Shown piece by piece: positions 8,844 to 18,726 of a stretch of 64,000 nucleotides of DNA. Location of the stretch: sequence record NC_031103.1. One strand, 5' to 3'. A model generated the notes under the pieces. That model was not told the DNA's origin. It ran no database searches and saw only the letters and a list, made by a program, of their open reading frames with translations. The translations under genes and the position numbers were made by a program. The stretch comes from Escherichia phage vB_EcoM-UFV13. Numbering within the stretch: the first letter of the stretch is position 1; each line of letters begins with the position of its first letter.

Positions 8844-10657
8844 TGGTGTTTAACCCTATGCATGATTTCTTTATTTTTGCCGAGATTAAATCCGCGTTCA
8901 TTCGGATTTCCCAAATAACCACAAGTTCTTCTTATTGTGTTCATCTTTTTAGGATCAGTTTCTCCACAAATAGAACAAACAAATCCGTTTTCAGTAGGAG
9001 TCATTTCATGGGTACTTCCACACGTAAAACATTTATCTACTGGCATGTTAACACCAAAATAATCTAAATGTTGTGCGGCATAATCCCATACAGCCTCAAG
9101 ACCTTTTAGGTTATTTTTCATATCAGGAAGTTCAACATAAGAAATGTGACCACCTGTCGCAATGAAATGATATGGTGCTTCACGAGAAATCTTTTCAAAC
9201 GGAGTAATATTTTCTTCTACTGAAACATGGAAACTATTAGTGTACCAGCCTTTATCAGTAACATCCTTTACACTTCCATATTTCTCAGTATCAAGTTTAC
9301 AGAAGCGATAACAAAGGTTTTCAGCAGGTGTAGAATACAAGCTAAAAGCAAAACCAGTTCTTTCAGTCCACTGCTTAAGACGAGCATTCATTTTAGTTAA
9401 AATTTCTTGTCCAATATCACGACCGACAAGAATATTCAATTCGTGAATACCAATGTATCCTAAGGACACTGAACTTCTACCGTTTTTAAATAACTCAATT
9501 ATGTCGTCATCAGGTTTAAGACGAACCCCGAATGCACCTTCTTGGTAAAGAATAGGAGCAACAGTCGCTTTAACTCCTTTTAAGGAACTAATTCTACACA
9601 TCAAAGCTTCAAAACACAGATCCATTCGTTCATTGAATAATTCAACAAATTTCTGTTCATTGAACTGTGTTCCAATATAAGAATCTAACGCGATGCGAGG
9701 AAGATTCAGTGTTACAACACCAAGATTATTACGTCCATCAAGAATTTCATTACCAGTCGAATCTTTCCATACGCTCAAGAAACTACGGCAACCCATTGGA
9801 GAAACAGGAACAGATGAACCAGTGATAGCTTTATTGTTCTTAGCTGAAATAATATCAGGATACATCCTTTTGCTTGCACACTCTAGAGCAAGCTGTTTAA
9901 TATCATAGTTCGGATCGTCTTTATAAAGATTAACACCTTCTTCAACGAACATAACAAGCTTAGGGAAAATAGGAGTTATCCCATCACGACCGAGACCTTT
10001 AATACGATTTTTCAGAATTGCTTTCTGAATCATTCGTTCAGTCCAGTCAGTTCCTGTACCAAATGTAATTGTTACAAAAGGTGTTTGTCCGTTTGAACTA
10101 AAGAGAGTATTTACTTCATATTCATAAGCTTGGAATGCATCGTATACGTCTTTTTCTGTTTTAGATTGAGCATAATTCAACGCATCAGCGATTTGCCATT
10201 TTTCTGCATCCTCAATATGTTTTGCATAGGTGCGTTTAACATAAGGAGAAAGTACTTTATCTACATTCGCAAAAGTCGTTCCGCCGTATTGATGGGAAGC
10301 AACCTGTGCAGTAATTTGTGCCATAATTGCAGTAGCAACACCGATTGATTTAGGAGTTTCAATCTGTGCATTACCAAGCTTAAATCCATTCTCAAGCATT
10401 CCTTTTAAATCTACTAAACAACAATTAGTAAATGGAAGAGCAGGGGAATAATCAATATCATGGAAATGAATAATTCCGCTTTCATGCGCTTTCATAATAA
10501 AAGACGGGACCATATTTTTGGCAATGTGCTTAGACACAATACCAGCCATAAGGTCCCGTTGAGTTGGAAAAACACGAGAATCTTTATTAGCATTCTCGTT
10601 TAAAAGGTCTTTATTAGTTTTATGAATCAATCCTTCAATTTCTTTTTCAATTGTCAT
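8840..10657 (-). CDS. nrdD: Anaerobic (class III) ribonucleotide reductase, uninterrupted
   Basis: 605-aa continuous ORF; C-terminal glycyl-radical region RRTCGYLG and Cys cluster CFTCGS...CSICG. Confidence 0.9.
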   Translation of the reverse strand: MTIEKEIEGLIHKTNKDLLNENANKDSRVFPTQRDLMAGIVSKHIAKNMVPSFIMKAHESGIIHFHDIDYSPALPFTNCCLVDLKGMLENGFKLGNAQIETPKSIGVATAIMAQITAQVASHQYGGTTFANVDKVLSPYVKRTYAKHIEDAEKWQIADALNYAQSKTEKDVYDAFQAYEYEVNTLFSSNGQTPFVTITFGTGTDWTERMIQKAILKNRIKGLGRDGITPIFPKLVMFVEEGVNLYKDDPNYDIKQLALECASKRMYPDIISAKNNKAITGSSVPVSPMGCRSFLSVWKDSTGNEILDGRNNLGVVTLNLPRIALDSYIGTQFNEQKFVELFNERMDLCFEALMCRISSLKGVKATVAPILYQEGAFGVRLKPDDDIIELFKNGRSSVSLGYIGIHELNILVGRDIGQEILTKMNARLKQWTERTGFAFSLYSTPAENLCYRFCKLDTEKYGSVKDVTDKGWYTNSFHVSVEENITPFEKISREAPYHFIATGGHISYVELPDMKNNLKGLEAVWDYAAQHLDYFGVNMPVDKCFTCGSTHEMTPTENGFVCSICGETDPKKMNTIRRTCGYLGNPNERGFNLGKNKEIMHRVKHQ

Positions 10658-11127
10658 TTTAAACTCTTTCTAAGCTGCTTCTTAAATGAAGCTATTAATT
10701 GTGTTTTGGTGTCAGATTCATTATATTCAAATCCTCTTTGAAGCATCTCGGCCATCATTTCCTCTTTTCCTAAACGAGAAAATTCCTTTGATTTATCTCC
10801 AACGAAGTTAGGGTGAATATTATTTTGGGTGTAATCGGATTTTAAATAAGTAAGTAAATTTTCTAACCATTCAAGATAATCAACACCTTGTCCCTTTAAG
10901 CCAGAACGATTAAATTTATGCTTCATTTGACCTTCTGCGGCATTGCAGAGATTACAAAGCAATCCACGTACCTTTCCTGCTTTTGGTCCATTTAATTCAT
11001 GGTCATGGTCGAGGTGATTAGCTTGAACATCAGGATTTAGTTCTCGTTGGCAAATTAAGCATTTACCATTTTGTGCATCATAAAATTTCTGTTTTTCTTC
11101 TTTATATAATTTGCCAGTCAATAACAT
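10654..11127 (-). CDS. 49: Endonuclease VII (Holliday junction resolvase)
   Basis: 157 aa, same as T4 gp49; Cys/His zinc motif CLICQ...HLDHDH...CNLCN; correct position. Confidence 0.85.
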   Translation of the reverse strand: MLLTGKLYKEEKQKFYDAQNGKCLICQRELNPDVQANHLDHDHELNGPKAGKVRGLLCNLCNAAEGQMKHKFNRSGLKGQGVDYLEWLENLLTYLKSDYTQNNIHPNFVGDKSKEFSRLGKEEMMAEMLQRGFEYNESDTKTQLIASFKKQLRKSLK

Positions 11128-11168
11128 AATAAACCCTTACCTTAAATAGATAAGGGTATTTATTATTT

Positions 11169-11672
11169 TCAAGTATTGTAAAACATTTGATTCAATCGCT
11201 TATATTGCCGAATCTTTTGGTCAGAAAAAGAAATTTGGGTTTCAAGCCATTCAATATATTCTGCCGCAGCTTGCATCAAATTTCCTTCATAGCCATCGTT
11301 ATTTTCTTGTGCAGCTAATTTAGCTAATGCATATGAAATACGTTCACCTTGAAAATCGGCTTTAGGCTTCTGAACAACTTGATTAGTTCGCTCTACAACT
11401 TCTTCAATTTCGCCATTTTCGACTGATTCAGTATTCCACAAGCACCAATACGTAATTGGCTTATCGTAGATGTTAATAATCTTTCCATCATAAAGTTCAA
11501 TTTCAATAATTCCAGTGTCAGGCTCTATATCATCTTCACATTCTTTTGCAAGTTCACGAACTTTAAAGACAGTACCTGCACTAAGTTCCGGCCAGTAATT
11601 ACACAGCCCTGTATCAGCACGATTAATTCTAAACCACTTATCTACTGTAATCATGTCCCATCTCCATATCAA
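11169..11672 (-). CDS. Hypothetical protein at the position of T4 pin
   Basis: 167-aa ORF between 49 and nrdC; the pin assignment is positional only. Confidence 0.45.
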   Translation of the reverse strand: MIWRWDMITVDKWFRINRADTGLCNYWPELSAGTVFKVRELAKECEDDIEPDTGIIEIELYDGKIINIYDKPITYWCLWNTESVENGEIEEVVERTNQVVQKPKADFQGERISYALAKLAAQENNDGYEGNLMQAAAEYIEWLETQISFSDQKIRQYKRLNQMFYNT

Positions 11673-11777
11673 TTAAGTCATTTATCGTTGGTTCATTATA
11701 TACTGTTTCTTCATCAGTGTAAACCGGTTCTTCCGGCTCTGGCTCTACAGTTTCCCATCTAGCCGCCCACCAAGGTT

Positions 11778-12098
11778 TTATAGCGTAATCCATTCTCGTA
11801 CTGTCTGAGTTACTACACGTTCACGGGGCTCGACTAGTTCAACAGTCGGAACTGCATAATACCAGTCAGAATGATAAGAACCTGACCGAGATTCATTTAC
11901 AGCCACATGTACATTATGTTTTGGACTAAAGTAAACACACTGACGATATTGACATTTACCATCTTGCACCCAGTCTTCTATTTCGACAGGTTTAAGATAA
12001 TCGGAAAAATCGAAATCATAGTTTTCCGAAAATGCATCATGGTCTTCAATGATTTCGCTCAGAACTGCATCAACATCTAATTTATTTTCAATAGTCAT
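11778..12098 (-). CDS. Hypothetical protein
   Basis: 106-aa minus-strand ORF. Confidence 0.45.
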   Translation of the reverse strand: MTIENKLDVDAVLSEIIEDHDAFSENYDFDFSDYLKPVEIEDWVQDGKCQYRQCVYFSPKHNVHVAVNESRSGSYHSDWYYAVPTVELVEPRERVVTQTVREWITL

Positions 12099-12281
12099 TT
12101 TTCACCAATTAATTTCGCAATTTATTAAGTTCTTCATCATCAATCCAGGATTCTAGTCCTGATGGCAGGTCACATTCAATTTCCCAAAGAAGTTCTTCAA
12201 TTTTCTGAAGACGATCTAGTTCTTCGGCTGGAATAGTAACCATTGACGGAGCTCGTGATACATTAATATCGTAAATCATAT

Positions 12282-12497
12282 TTACCCCAATTTAACCATA
12301 CAATCGCCGTATTTCCACTTAGAAATAGACTTTTCACCATTAGAATAATAAACTTCGAGTTTAGCACGATTATTTTTAATTTGAATAACCTTGGCTGTCA
12401 TCAAAGTTCCATACCCATAATAAACTGCAACTTCATCACCTACATATACCGTGCTTCCGCGGTAATCATGAATATAGTCAGTTCCTTCGAGCATCAT
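12282..12497 (-). CDS. Hypothetical small protein
   Basis: 71-aa ORF overlapping the nrdC stop. Confidence 0.45.
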   Translation of the reverse strand: MMLEGTDYIHDYRGSTVYVGDEVAVYYGYGTLMTAKVIQIKNNRAKLEVYYSNGEKSISKWKYGDCMVKLG

Positions 12498-12757
12498 TTA
12501 AAATATTCCCGCAATTGGTCAAATCCACCAATATGACTTCCATCCGGAGCAAATACCTGGGGCATTGTCAAGCCGATTTGAGTATCACGACCTAGTTTAG
12601 TCAGAAGCTCAGCGATTTTCTCATCATCAAAAACACCTTTTTCCGGCATAATGTTGATAAATTCAAACGGTTGTTTCTTCACTGTCAAAAGACGTTTTGC
12701 ATTATCGCAATACACACATTTATGGATGTTGCTATCATAACCATATACTTTAAACAT
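12494..12757 (-). CDS. nrdC: Thioredoxin/glutaredoxin
   Basis: 87 aa; CVYC active site in MFKVYGYDSNIHKCVYCDNAKRLL; same length as T4 NrdC. Confidence 0.85.
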   Translation of the reverse strand: MFKVYGYDSNIHKCVYCDNAKRLLTVKKQPFEFINIMPEKGVFDDEKIAELLTKLGRDTQIGLTMPQVFAPDGSHIGGFDQLREYFK

Positions 12758-12758
12758 A

Positions 12759-13016
12759 TTATTCCTTAATTCCTAGTACTTGTTTAAAAGTCTCGTCGTA
12801 ATCAAGACTTTGGCCCGTTTGTTCTTTATGTTTGTATATAATATCACTTACTTCTGATAGCATATTTTTATATGAACGAGTTAAAGCAGATTTAAGCACG
12901 CTGTATCTATCAGGAAATTTACCGTGTTCATTATAATAAGCTATTGCTAATTCACGGACTGCCTTTTCAGCAGTCTCCATATATTCTTTACGTTTGGTCA
13001 TTTTCTTCTCGGTCAA
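12759..13016 (-). CDS. Hypothetical protein
   Basis: 85-aa ORF directly upstream of nrdC. Confidence 0.45.
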
Positions 13017-13305
13017 ATCGGTGTTTACAATGGCGACATTTATAACGAAGATTATTAGTCTGCCAATGGACTAATTGCACCTGTTCAGTACCGCATTCAG
13101 GACAATTAGGAACGTTTTTAGAAGCTCTTTCACGTCGCTCAACCATAACCATAATAGCGTCCCAGGCTGGCGGTTTAAAATCTAAATCGTCACAACCATG
13201 AATCTTTCCACGCATTTCCAAATCGTCTTCTTCACCAGCCATAATAATTTTAATTAGACTAGAATTACTTGAAGCTGCAATGTCTTCTAATAAACGCTTT
13301 TTCAT
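12988..13305 (-). CDS. Small zinc-ribbon protein
   Basis: 105 aa with CPEC...CRHC four-cysteine motif. Confidence 0.5.
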
Positions 13306-14231
13306 TTCAATACCTCAATAGCATTACGTAAACCATTTGCTTTGGCAGTTAAAGTCTTAAGAACTTCAGTTTGCTCTTCAATCTGTTTTTCAACTTCAAT
13401 CAAACGGGCATTGAGATATTCACGTTCTTCACTCAGATTATCAACCTTTTCTACTTTAGGCTCTTTTACAACTGTCTTATATGTATTAGGGTTCTTCAGT
13501 TTAATTAGAATGCGTGAACTGTATAACATTAAACCATTATCTTCGGTTTCGTCATACATTTCCACTACGTCCATGATTTTTAACATCATGCGGAGTTTAT
13601 AAGACAACGAACGAATAGTTTTGTTGTGCTTATTAATTTCTTTAGCTGTCATGGTGCCAAGATTACGTGAGTAATAATAAGGAACCTGGATATTAATTAA
13701 TACTGATGAACCACCTGGCTTGTGTGTTACTTCATCAGCAATAACCCAGTCCTTAACATGAACTGTATTTGTACGGTCATCGCCCGCGGTAAATAGTTTA
13801 CGAGCATGCTTAAAAAGCATATTCACTTGGTCATTGAATTGACAAGCGAACTTATCAGCAAATTTAGTTTCAGGAATGGTAGATAACCAATCAGCCAAAT
13901 GGGTCTTTTTAACATCGTTAACAATAGTAAATTCAACCAAATCGGTTATAGATGTCGCAGATTTAATGAAGCTCGGCTTCATAAAGTTTTCAATGTTATC
14001 ACGAGCTACAGTAGAAGATAACATACGAGAACGTTTAAACCATTCAAGCAAATTGCCTACCGAATAAGAATAAGCGTTTTGAGTATCTTTACAGATATGA
14101 TTTTCCTGGCCAACATATTGAAGAAAATCACGAAGAATATTATTGATTACTGCTCTGTGTCCGATTTGATAATTACGGTGTTTAGTAATAAGACTGTCAA
14201 AATAATCAATATAATGCTTACGAGTTTTCAT
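13302..14231 (-). CDS. Hypothetical protein with C-terminal coiled coil
   Basis: 309-aa ORF; C-terminal heptad-like stretch EEREYLNARLIEVEKQIEEQTEVLKTL. Confidence 0.55.
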   Translation of the reverse strand: MKTRKHYIDYFDSLITKHRNYQIGHRAVINNILRDFLQYVGQENHICKDTQNAYSYSVGNLLEWFKRSRMLSSTVARDNIENFMKPSFIKSATSITDLVEFTIVNDVKKTHLADWLSTIPETKFADKFACQFNDQVNMLFKHARKLFTAGDDRTNTVHVKDWVIADEVTHKPGGSSVLINIQVPYYYSRNLGTMTAKEINKHNKTIRSLSYKLRMMLKIMDVVEMYDETEDNGLMLYSSRILIKLKNPNTYKTVVKEPKVEKVDNLSEEREYLNARLIEVEKQIEEQTEVLKTLTAKANGLRNAIEVLK

Positions 14232-14283
14232 GTTCTTCTCACTTGGTTAATGATTTATACTCCGAGCCATCCTTGGCTTTAAA

Positions 14284-15285
14284 TTACTTAATTAACTGTA
14301 AAGCTTGTTCAAGACGATCCAAGCGATTGACAGATTCTTCCCAAATCTTTTTAGCCTGCTCATATTCTTTCTGCGCTTTATTAGAAATTTCTAGAACTTC
14401 TTTATAAGCTTTTTCTAGTGCAATAACTTCTGGACGAATTTCTGCCGGTTCAGGCGAATCATCAAGATTATCCATTAGTTCCTCAAGGGTAGTTTCTTCT
14501 TTAGGAGTATTCACAATTTCCTCACATTTTTGTTGATAAATTTCTTTATCAGTAGGTGAATAAGCACATTTCACTTCACGAAGACTAATTACAATTTTAT
14601 ATCCTTCCCATCCGCATATATTCTTAAAAGGATATGTATGAATATTTTCTACTGTTTCCATACAAAGTAATGCAGTCTCTAACTGACGAGTTATAGTGCT
14701 AGCAATTGAGAAAAATTTATTAATATTCTTTTGGTTAGTTTCTGGTGTAAAAAATCCATAATTCACAAAAATAGCTACTTTATTTTTATCAAGCTCATAT
14801 TCTTTTACGATAATCATATCAGAAGCCAAAGGATGAATTTGACGATAATCGCCATAACATAATTTAGAAGCTGATTTTAGAATTTGTCCTTTGAAAAGTC
14901 TGAAATTACTAATCCAACGACGAGTAAAAATATTCTCAGGGTCTTCTTTATTATTAAGATGATAAGAATTAACATCACCGAACCAATTATATCCTACTAC
15001 ATCTTTAGTTCGTTTAATTTCTTTCCCAAAATTACCAAGAATATCCCGATTAACCAAATATGAAAGAAGACGAGACTCTTTAAAGGTTTTCTTGATAACA
15101 TCTTTATCTACACGGCTAGAAATTTTACGAATTTCATGAATAAATTTAGCAGAAGAAACAATACTTGCATCAACACTATTGAGCCATTGATTGATAATAG
15201 AAAGAACGATATTTTGACCAAACATCGGTATAGCTTTATCATCAATAACGCTATTGAATGATTTGATATATTCGGTACGAGTCAT
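14284..15285 (-). CDS. Hypothetical protein with C-terminal coiled coil
   Basis: Start set at MTRTEY with SD GAGGAGA; the ORF-track N-terminal extension is translated promoter sequence. Confidence 0.55.
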   Translation of the reverse strand: MTRTEYIKSFNSVIDDKAIPMFGQNIVLSIINQWLNSVDASIVSSAKFIHEIRKISSRVDKDVIKKTFKESRLLSYLVNRDILGNFGKEIKRTKDVVGYNWFGDVNSYHLNNKEDPENIFTRRWISNFRLFKGQILKSASKLCYGDYRQIHPLASDMIIVKEYELDKNKVAIFVNYGFFTPETNQKNINKFFSIASTITRQLETALLCMETVENIHTYPFKNICGWEGYKIVISLREVKCAYSPTDKEIYQQKCEEIVNTPKEETTLEELMDNLDDSPEPAEIRPEVIALEKAYKEVLEISNKAQKEYEQAKKIWEESVNRLDRLEQALQLIK

Positions 15286-15311
15286 AATAATCTCCTCAGT
15301 AGAAAGTAAGA

Positions 15312-15345
15312 ACATTATACCACATCCTTGTGGCAAAGTAAACTA
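15312..15345 (-). promoter_or_regulatory. T4-type early promoter
   Basis: Minus strand reads GTTTAC, a 15-nt spacer, then TGGTATAAT. Confidence 0.65.
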
Positions 15346-16368
15346 GTTCAGTGCATTTAGTGCATTGTTCAGTTTAGAACGTTGCTTCGTAAGATTTTTG
15401 ACTTTTTCTTGAGCTTTTTCCAACATCTTTTCAGCTTCTAGCACTTCATTAGTTGCTTTAACGAGTTCATCATCTACTGCCTTGATAGACTTCTCAATCG
15501 CATCTGCATGCCATTTTTCAACAGGTTTAAGACTCGGATTTTCAATAGGAAGAAAATTCACTTTATTGAATTTCCATGCATCTTTATTACCTGAACTATA
15601 CATCCAAAATTTAGGATCGTTTGATAAGTAATTGGATAAATTTAAATTTAAGTTATCTTGTACTTCCTGCTTTTTCTCTTGCGGGACTTCGTCCTTTCTC
15701 AAAAAATCATATTTAAATGAAACAACCATATCAAGTTCATATGTTGTTGTGTCTAATTTAAATCGTTCAAAACGAGGTAAAATCTTAGATTGAACAGCGG
15801 CAACAACATCCATATACTTAAATGCTTCTGTCAACTGTGATTTAAGGCATTCACAAATTGAAAGAGAATTTTTAGTATTAGGCTTAAAGCTAATTCGCGC
15901 AGTTCTATTATTTTCCTTTAATGGTCTTACTTCCATCTGAAGAGTATAACCATCAAATTTAAGATTCTTTAAGTTAATATCAGAACCTTTTAATCGACTA
16001 GCAGTAGACAAAATTTGCTTTAATTGTCTACGGAACAGAGCAATAAATCTCCATTCAATACGATAATGATTTGGATTGAAAAATCCAGATGATAAATCGA
16101 CCTTACTTTGACCAACGCCTTGAACAAATAGAGGATTTTTATAATCAATAGTTTTACAGAAATCGGTGAGCTGCTCACGAGCAGTCATTTGTGTAATATA
16201 TCCCGCTTTACTAAAATGACGTAACCATTCACTGCTATTCATATATTTAAAGTGAATATCACGATTAACTTTATCAGGGTCTAAATTATTTTGGCACAAA
16301 AATGTCATAACATCACGAGTATAGCTGGCATTACGAACCATATCTTCAATTTGAGAACGAGTTTTCAT
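15343..16368 (-). CDS. Hypothetical protein with C-terminal coiled coil
   Basis: 341-aa ORF; C-terminal LEAEKMLEKAQEKVKNLTKQRSKLNNALNAL. Confidence 0.55.
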   Translation of the reverse strand: MKTRSQIEDMVRNASYTRDVMTFLCQNNLDPDKVNRDIHFKYMNSSEWLRHFSKAGYITQMTAREQLTDFCKTIDYKNPLFVQGVGQSKVDLSSGFFNPNHYRIEWRFIALFRRQLKQILSTASRLKGSDINLKNLKFDGYTLQMEVRPLKENNRTARISFKPNTKNSLSICECLKSQLTEAFKYMDVVAAVQSKILPRFERFKLDTTTYELDMVVSFKYDFLRKDEVPQEKKQEVQDNLNLNLSNYLSNDPKFWMYSSGNKDAWKFNKVNFLPIENPSLKPVEKWHADAIEKSIKAVDDELVKATNEVLEAEKMLEKAQEKVKNLTKQRSKLNNALNALN

Positions 16369-16376
16369 GGTGTTCC

Positions 16377-17285
16377 TTAAGATTTAAGTAAATCAACAAT
16401 TTTAATTAATTTTTCACGCTCAGATTTAGCTTTACTACTCAATCCAGATAGTCTGAAAATTTCATCGTCATACTGTTGAATAGAAATATTCAGCTCTTCA
16501 ATTTGCTTATTAAAATAATCAATTTGTTCAGAATGTTTTTCATTACTACGAACTGGTACAGGTTTTGTAGGCAATTTAGTTGAACTGGATTCATCCGGGC
16601 GATAAATTAAAATACAACTTGAACCAATAGGGCATTTTGCACCAGACACATATTCTAATGTTCCAGCTTCTTTTAAAATTTCAAAAGCTAAACAGAGATG
16701 ATGACCCATATTGGCATAATCTGTAGAGTGAGCTCTGACGTAATAATCATCTCCACGAGTGCTAAATTTAAAGCATTTAAGGTCTTCTGTATTATTAGTT
16801 TTAAAAATCATTTGTTTATCTAGACCTTTAGCTAATCGAGCGCCTAATGCTAATAATCGTCGTTGATTTTCCCACAAATCCGCAATCATTTGGTCAAATG
16901 ATAATTTCGGCATTAGTCGACCATAAAGGTCGTATCCTTTATTATAATTGCGAAGGATTTCACTCGCGTTAATACGAGACAATGCTCCAATTTTATTAAG
17001 GGCTTTCATAATGCGATTAGATAAACTCATTCCAGATCCGTTTGTTCGCTGTAAATGTTTTTCTAATCCAAATCCAATATCAACTTTAAACTTATCTAAA
17101 ATTTCGGCATGAACATCTTTATCAATAACATTCAAATCCAAAGTTGGGTTAAATCTATGAAAAAATTTATCTGGCTCTCCACGACGAAGTACAGTCCATT
17201 CATTCAATTTTTTATTAACTAAAGATTTAATTACTGCATTGACATTATTAATTACTACTGACATATTTTCCTCACTCAATTTCAA
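16377..17285 (-). CDS. Hypothetical protein
   Basis: 302-aa ORF with a coiled-coil tail. Confidence 0.55.
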   Translation of the reverse strand: MKLSEENMSVVINNVNAVIKSLVNKKLNEWTVLRRGEPDKFFHRFNPTLDLNVIDKDVHAEILDKFKVDIGFGLEKHLQRTNGSGMSLSNRIMKALNKIGALSRINASEILRNYNKGYDLYGRLMPKLSFDQMIADLWENQRRLLALGARLAKGLDKQMIFKTNNTEDLKCFKFSTRGDDYYVRAHSTDYANMGHHLCLAFEILKEAGTLEYVSGAKCPIGSSCILIYRPDESSSTKLPTKPVPVRSNEKHSEQIDYFNKQIEELNISIQQYDDEIFRLSGLSSKAKSEREKLIKIVDLLKS

Positions 17286-17679
17286 TTTTACTAAATATAC
17301 AGAATATGATGGAAAAGACTATATAAGCACCACACACAGATTGAACTAATACCATTCCAAAGAACCAAACGATATTATCACACAATGTCTGTTTTACGTC
17401 GAAAGGACGTAAACTTACAGTAATATTATCACCTTTTTCTATTGATGAATACATCTCTGGGGAAATATATTCACTAAATCTATAACCGTCTTTGAGTTCA
17501 TATACGGCAATAAACGATAAACTAGACCCCTTTCCTTGTGTTCCTGTAAAGGTATTAACTACAGTAACATCATAATCTTTATAATGCATATAATCATTAA
17601 TAGCATAATAACCATATGCAACTACTACACATAAACAGCATATCAATAAATTCAATCTTTTAATTATCAACTGTTTCAT
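17272..17679 (-). CDS. Membrane protein (two predicted TM helices)
   Basis: 135 aa; N-terminal and C-terminal hydrophobic helices. Confidence 0.5.
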   Translation of the reverse strand: MKQLIIKRLNLLICCLCVVVAYGYYAINDYMHYKDYDVTVVNTFTGTQGKGSSLSFIAVYELKDGYRFSEYISPEMYSSIEKGDNITVSLRPFDVKQTLCDNIVWFFGMVLVQSVCGAYIVFSIIFCIFSKIEIE

Positions 17680-17706
17680 AATAATCTCAATTAAAAGGGC
17701 TTAGAA

Positions 17707-17750
17707 CCATTATACCATCCTTGGTATAAAGCGGTTATGCGAGTACCGTC
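17707..17750 (-). promoter_or_regulatory. Probable early promoter
   Basis: TGGTATAAT -10 on the minus strand with an imperfect -35; upstream of the gene starting at 17679. Confidence 0.45.
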
Positions 17751-18262
17751 TTTAACCGTTCTTCAAACTTCCGAAGAGTATTTTGGCGTTCAGCTCTTTG
17801 CTTTTTGTAAGTTTCAATACGCTCTGAAATGAGAGTGTATCGTTCATTTACTGATTCTTTCATAAAATCAGGAATTTCACGAGAAGCTTTAATCTCATCA
17901 AATTTATCAATAACAGCTTGCTCTTCAGCAATTAAGTTATCATACATCAAAATATCTTTCTTGATGAACTCAATATCTTCTTGAGTTACACGAGATAATT
18001 TAGATGCTTTATCCTTTTTGTACTGTTCATTAGTATCACGAGACCAGTGTAATGTACGATTTTTATTCGTATTTTTGTAAATTTCTACAATACCAATCTC
18101 ATCGATAATAACGATCCAATTCCAACGGGATTTGTAAATTTGTCCTCCATCAACCGTGATTTCACCTCCGATTGAGATGTCATTAAAGAACTTGCTTTGT
18201 GCTTCTGATTTAAATTTACCATCGTTGTAATTTACCAGGTTGAAAATATCTTTAGCGTTCAT
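17735..18262 (-). CDS. Hypothetical protein
   Basis: Start set at MNAKDIF with SD GGAGGAACA; upstream ORF-track residues are translated promoter. Confidence 0.55.
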   Translation of the reverse strand: MNAKDIFNLVNYNDGKFKSEAQSKFFNDISIGGEITVDGGQIYKSRWNWIVIIDEIGIVEIYKNTNKNRTLHWSRDTNEQYKKDKASKLSRVTQEDIEFIKKDILMYDNLIAEEQAVIDKFDEIKASREIPDFMKESVNERYTLISERIETYKKQRAERQNTLRKFEERLKTVLA

Positions 18263-18288
18263 TTTGTGTTCCTCCGTAGTTGATAGTT

Positions 18289-18322
18289 GTATAGTACCAC
18301 AGAGGAACGGTCTTGTAAACAA
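18289..18322 (-). promoter_or_regulatory. T4-type early promoter
   Basis: GTTTAC, 18-nt spacer, TACTATAC on the minus strand; part of a repeated cassette AGTTGATAGTTGTATAGTACCA. Confidence 0.65.
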
Positions 18323-18637
18323 CTAAAAGAAACTTCTTTCACAATTTTTTCCACTGAACCATGCGCTCACTGCTTTCTTAGTCTCAGGAGCAGTGTTATC
18401 CATAAACCACTCAAAGGCAGCCTTTTTATGATTCTGGAGGGCTTCTCGGGCTTTAATCTGCTCACGGTCTATTAACACTAACATATGAGCCTTTCTTGTC
18501 ACCAAGGGCTTCTTATGATTCTTGGAGTATTCCCAGTCATTTGTCCAACGCATTGTCGTTGCGAACTGAAATACTGCGTCTTTAATTTTAGTTTCATAAA
18601 TTTCACGAGCCTTTGAGTATAACATCANTACCTCCAT
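18323..18637 (-). CDS. Hypothetical protein
   Basis: 104-aa ORF; an ambiguous base at its 5' end makes the start uncertain. Confidence 0.4.
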   Translation of the reverse strand: MEVXMLYSKAREIYETKIKDAVFQFATTMRWTNDWEYSKNHKKPLVTRKAHMLVLIDREQIKAREALQNHKKAAFEWFMDNTAPETKKAVSAWFSGKNCERSFF

Positions 18638-18726
18638 TNACCAGTTTAATTCTANTCATCTTTTTNATGGCAGTCCATATAATCTATTTCTGAACTGCCT
18701 TTTTGTCATAGAAGTCCTCTTATGAA

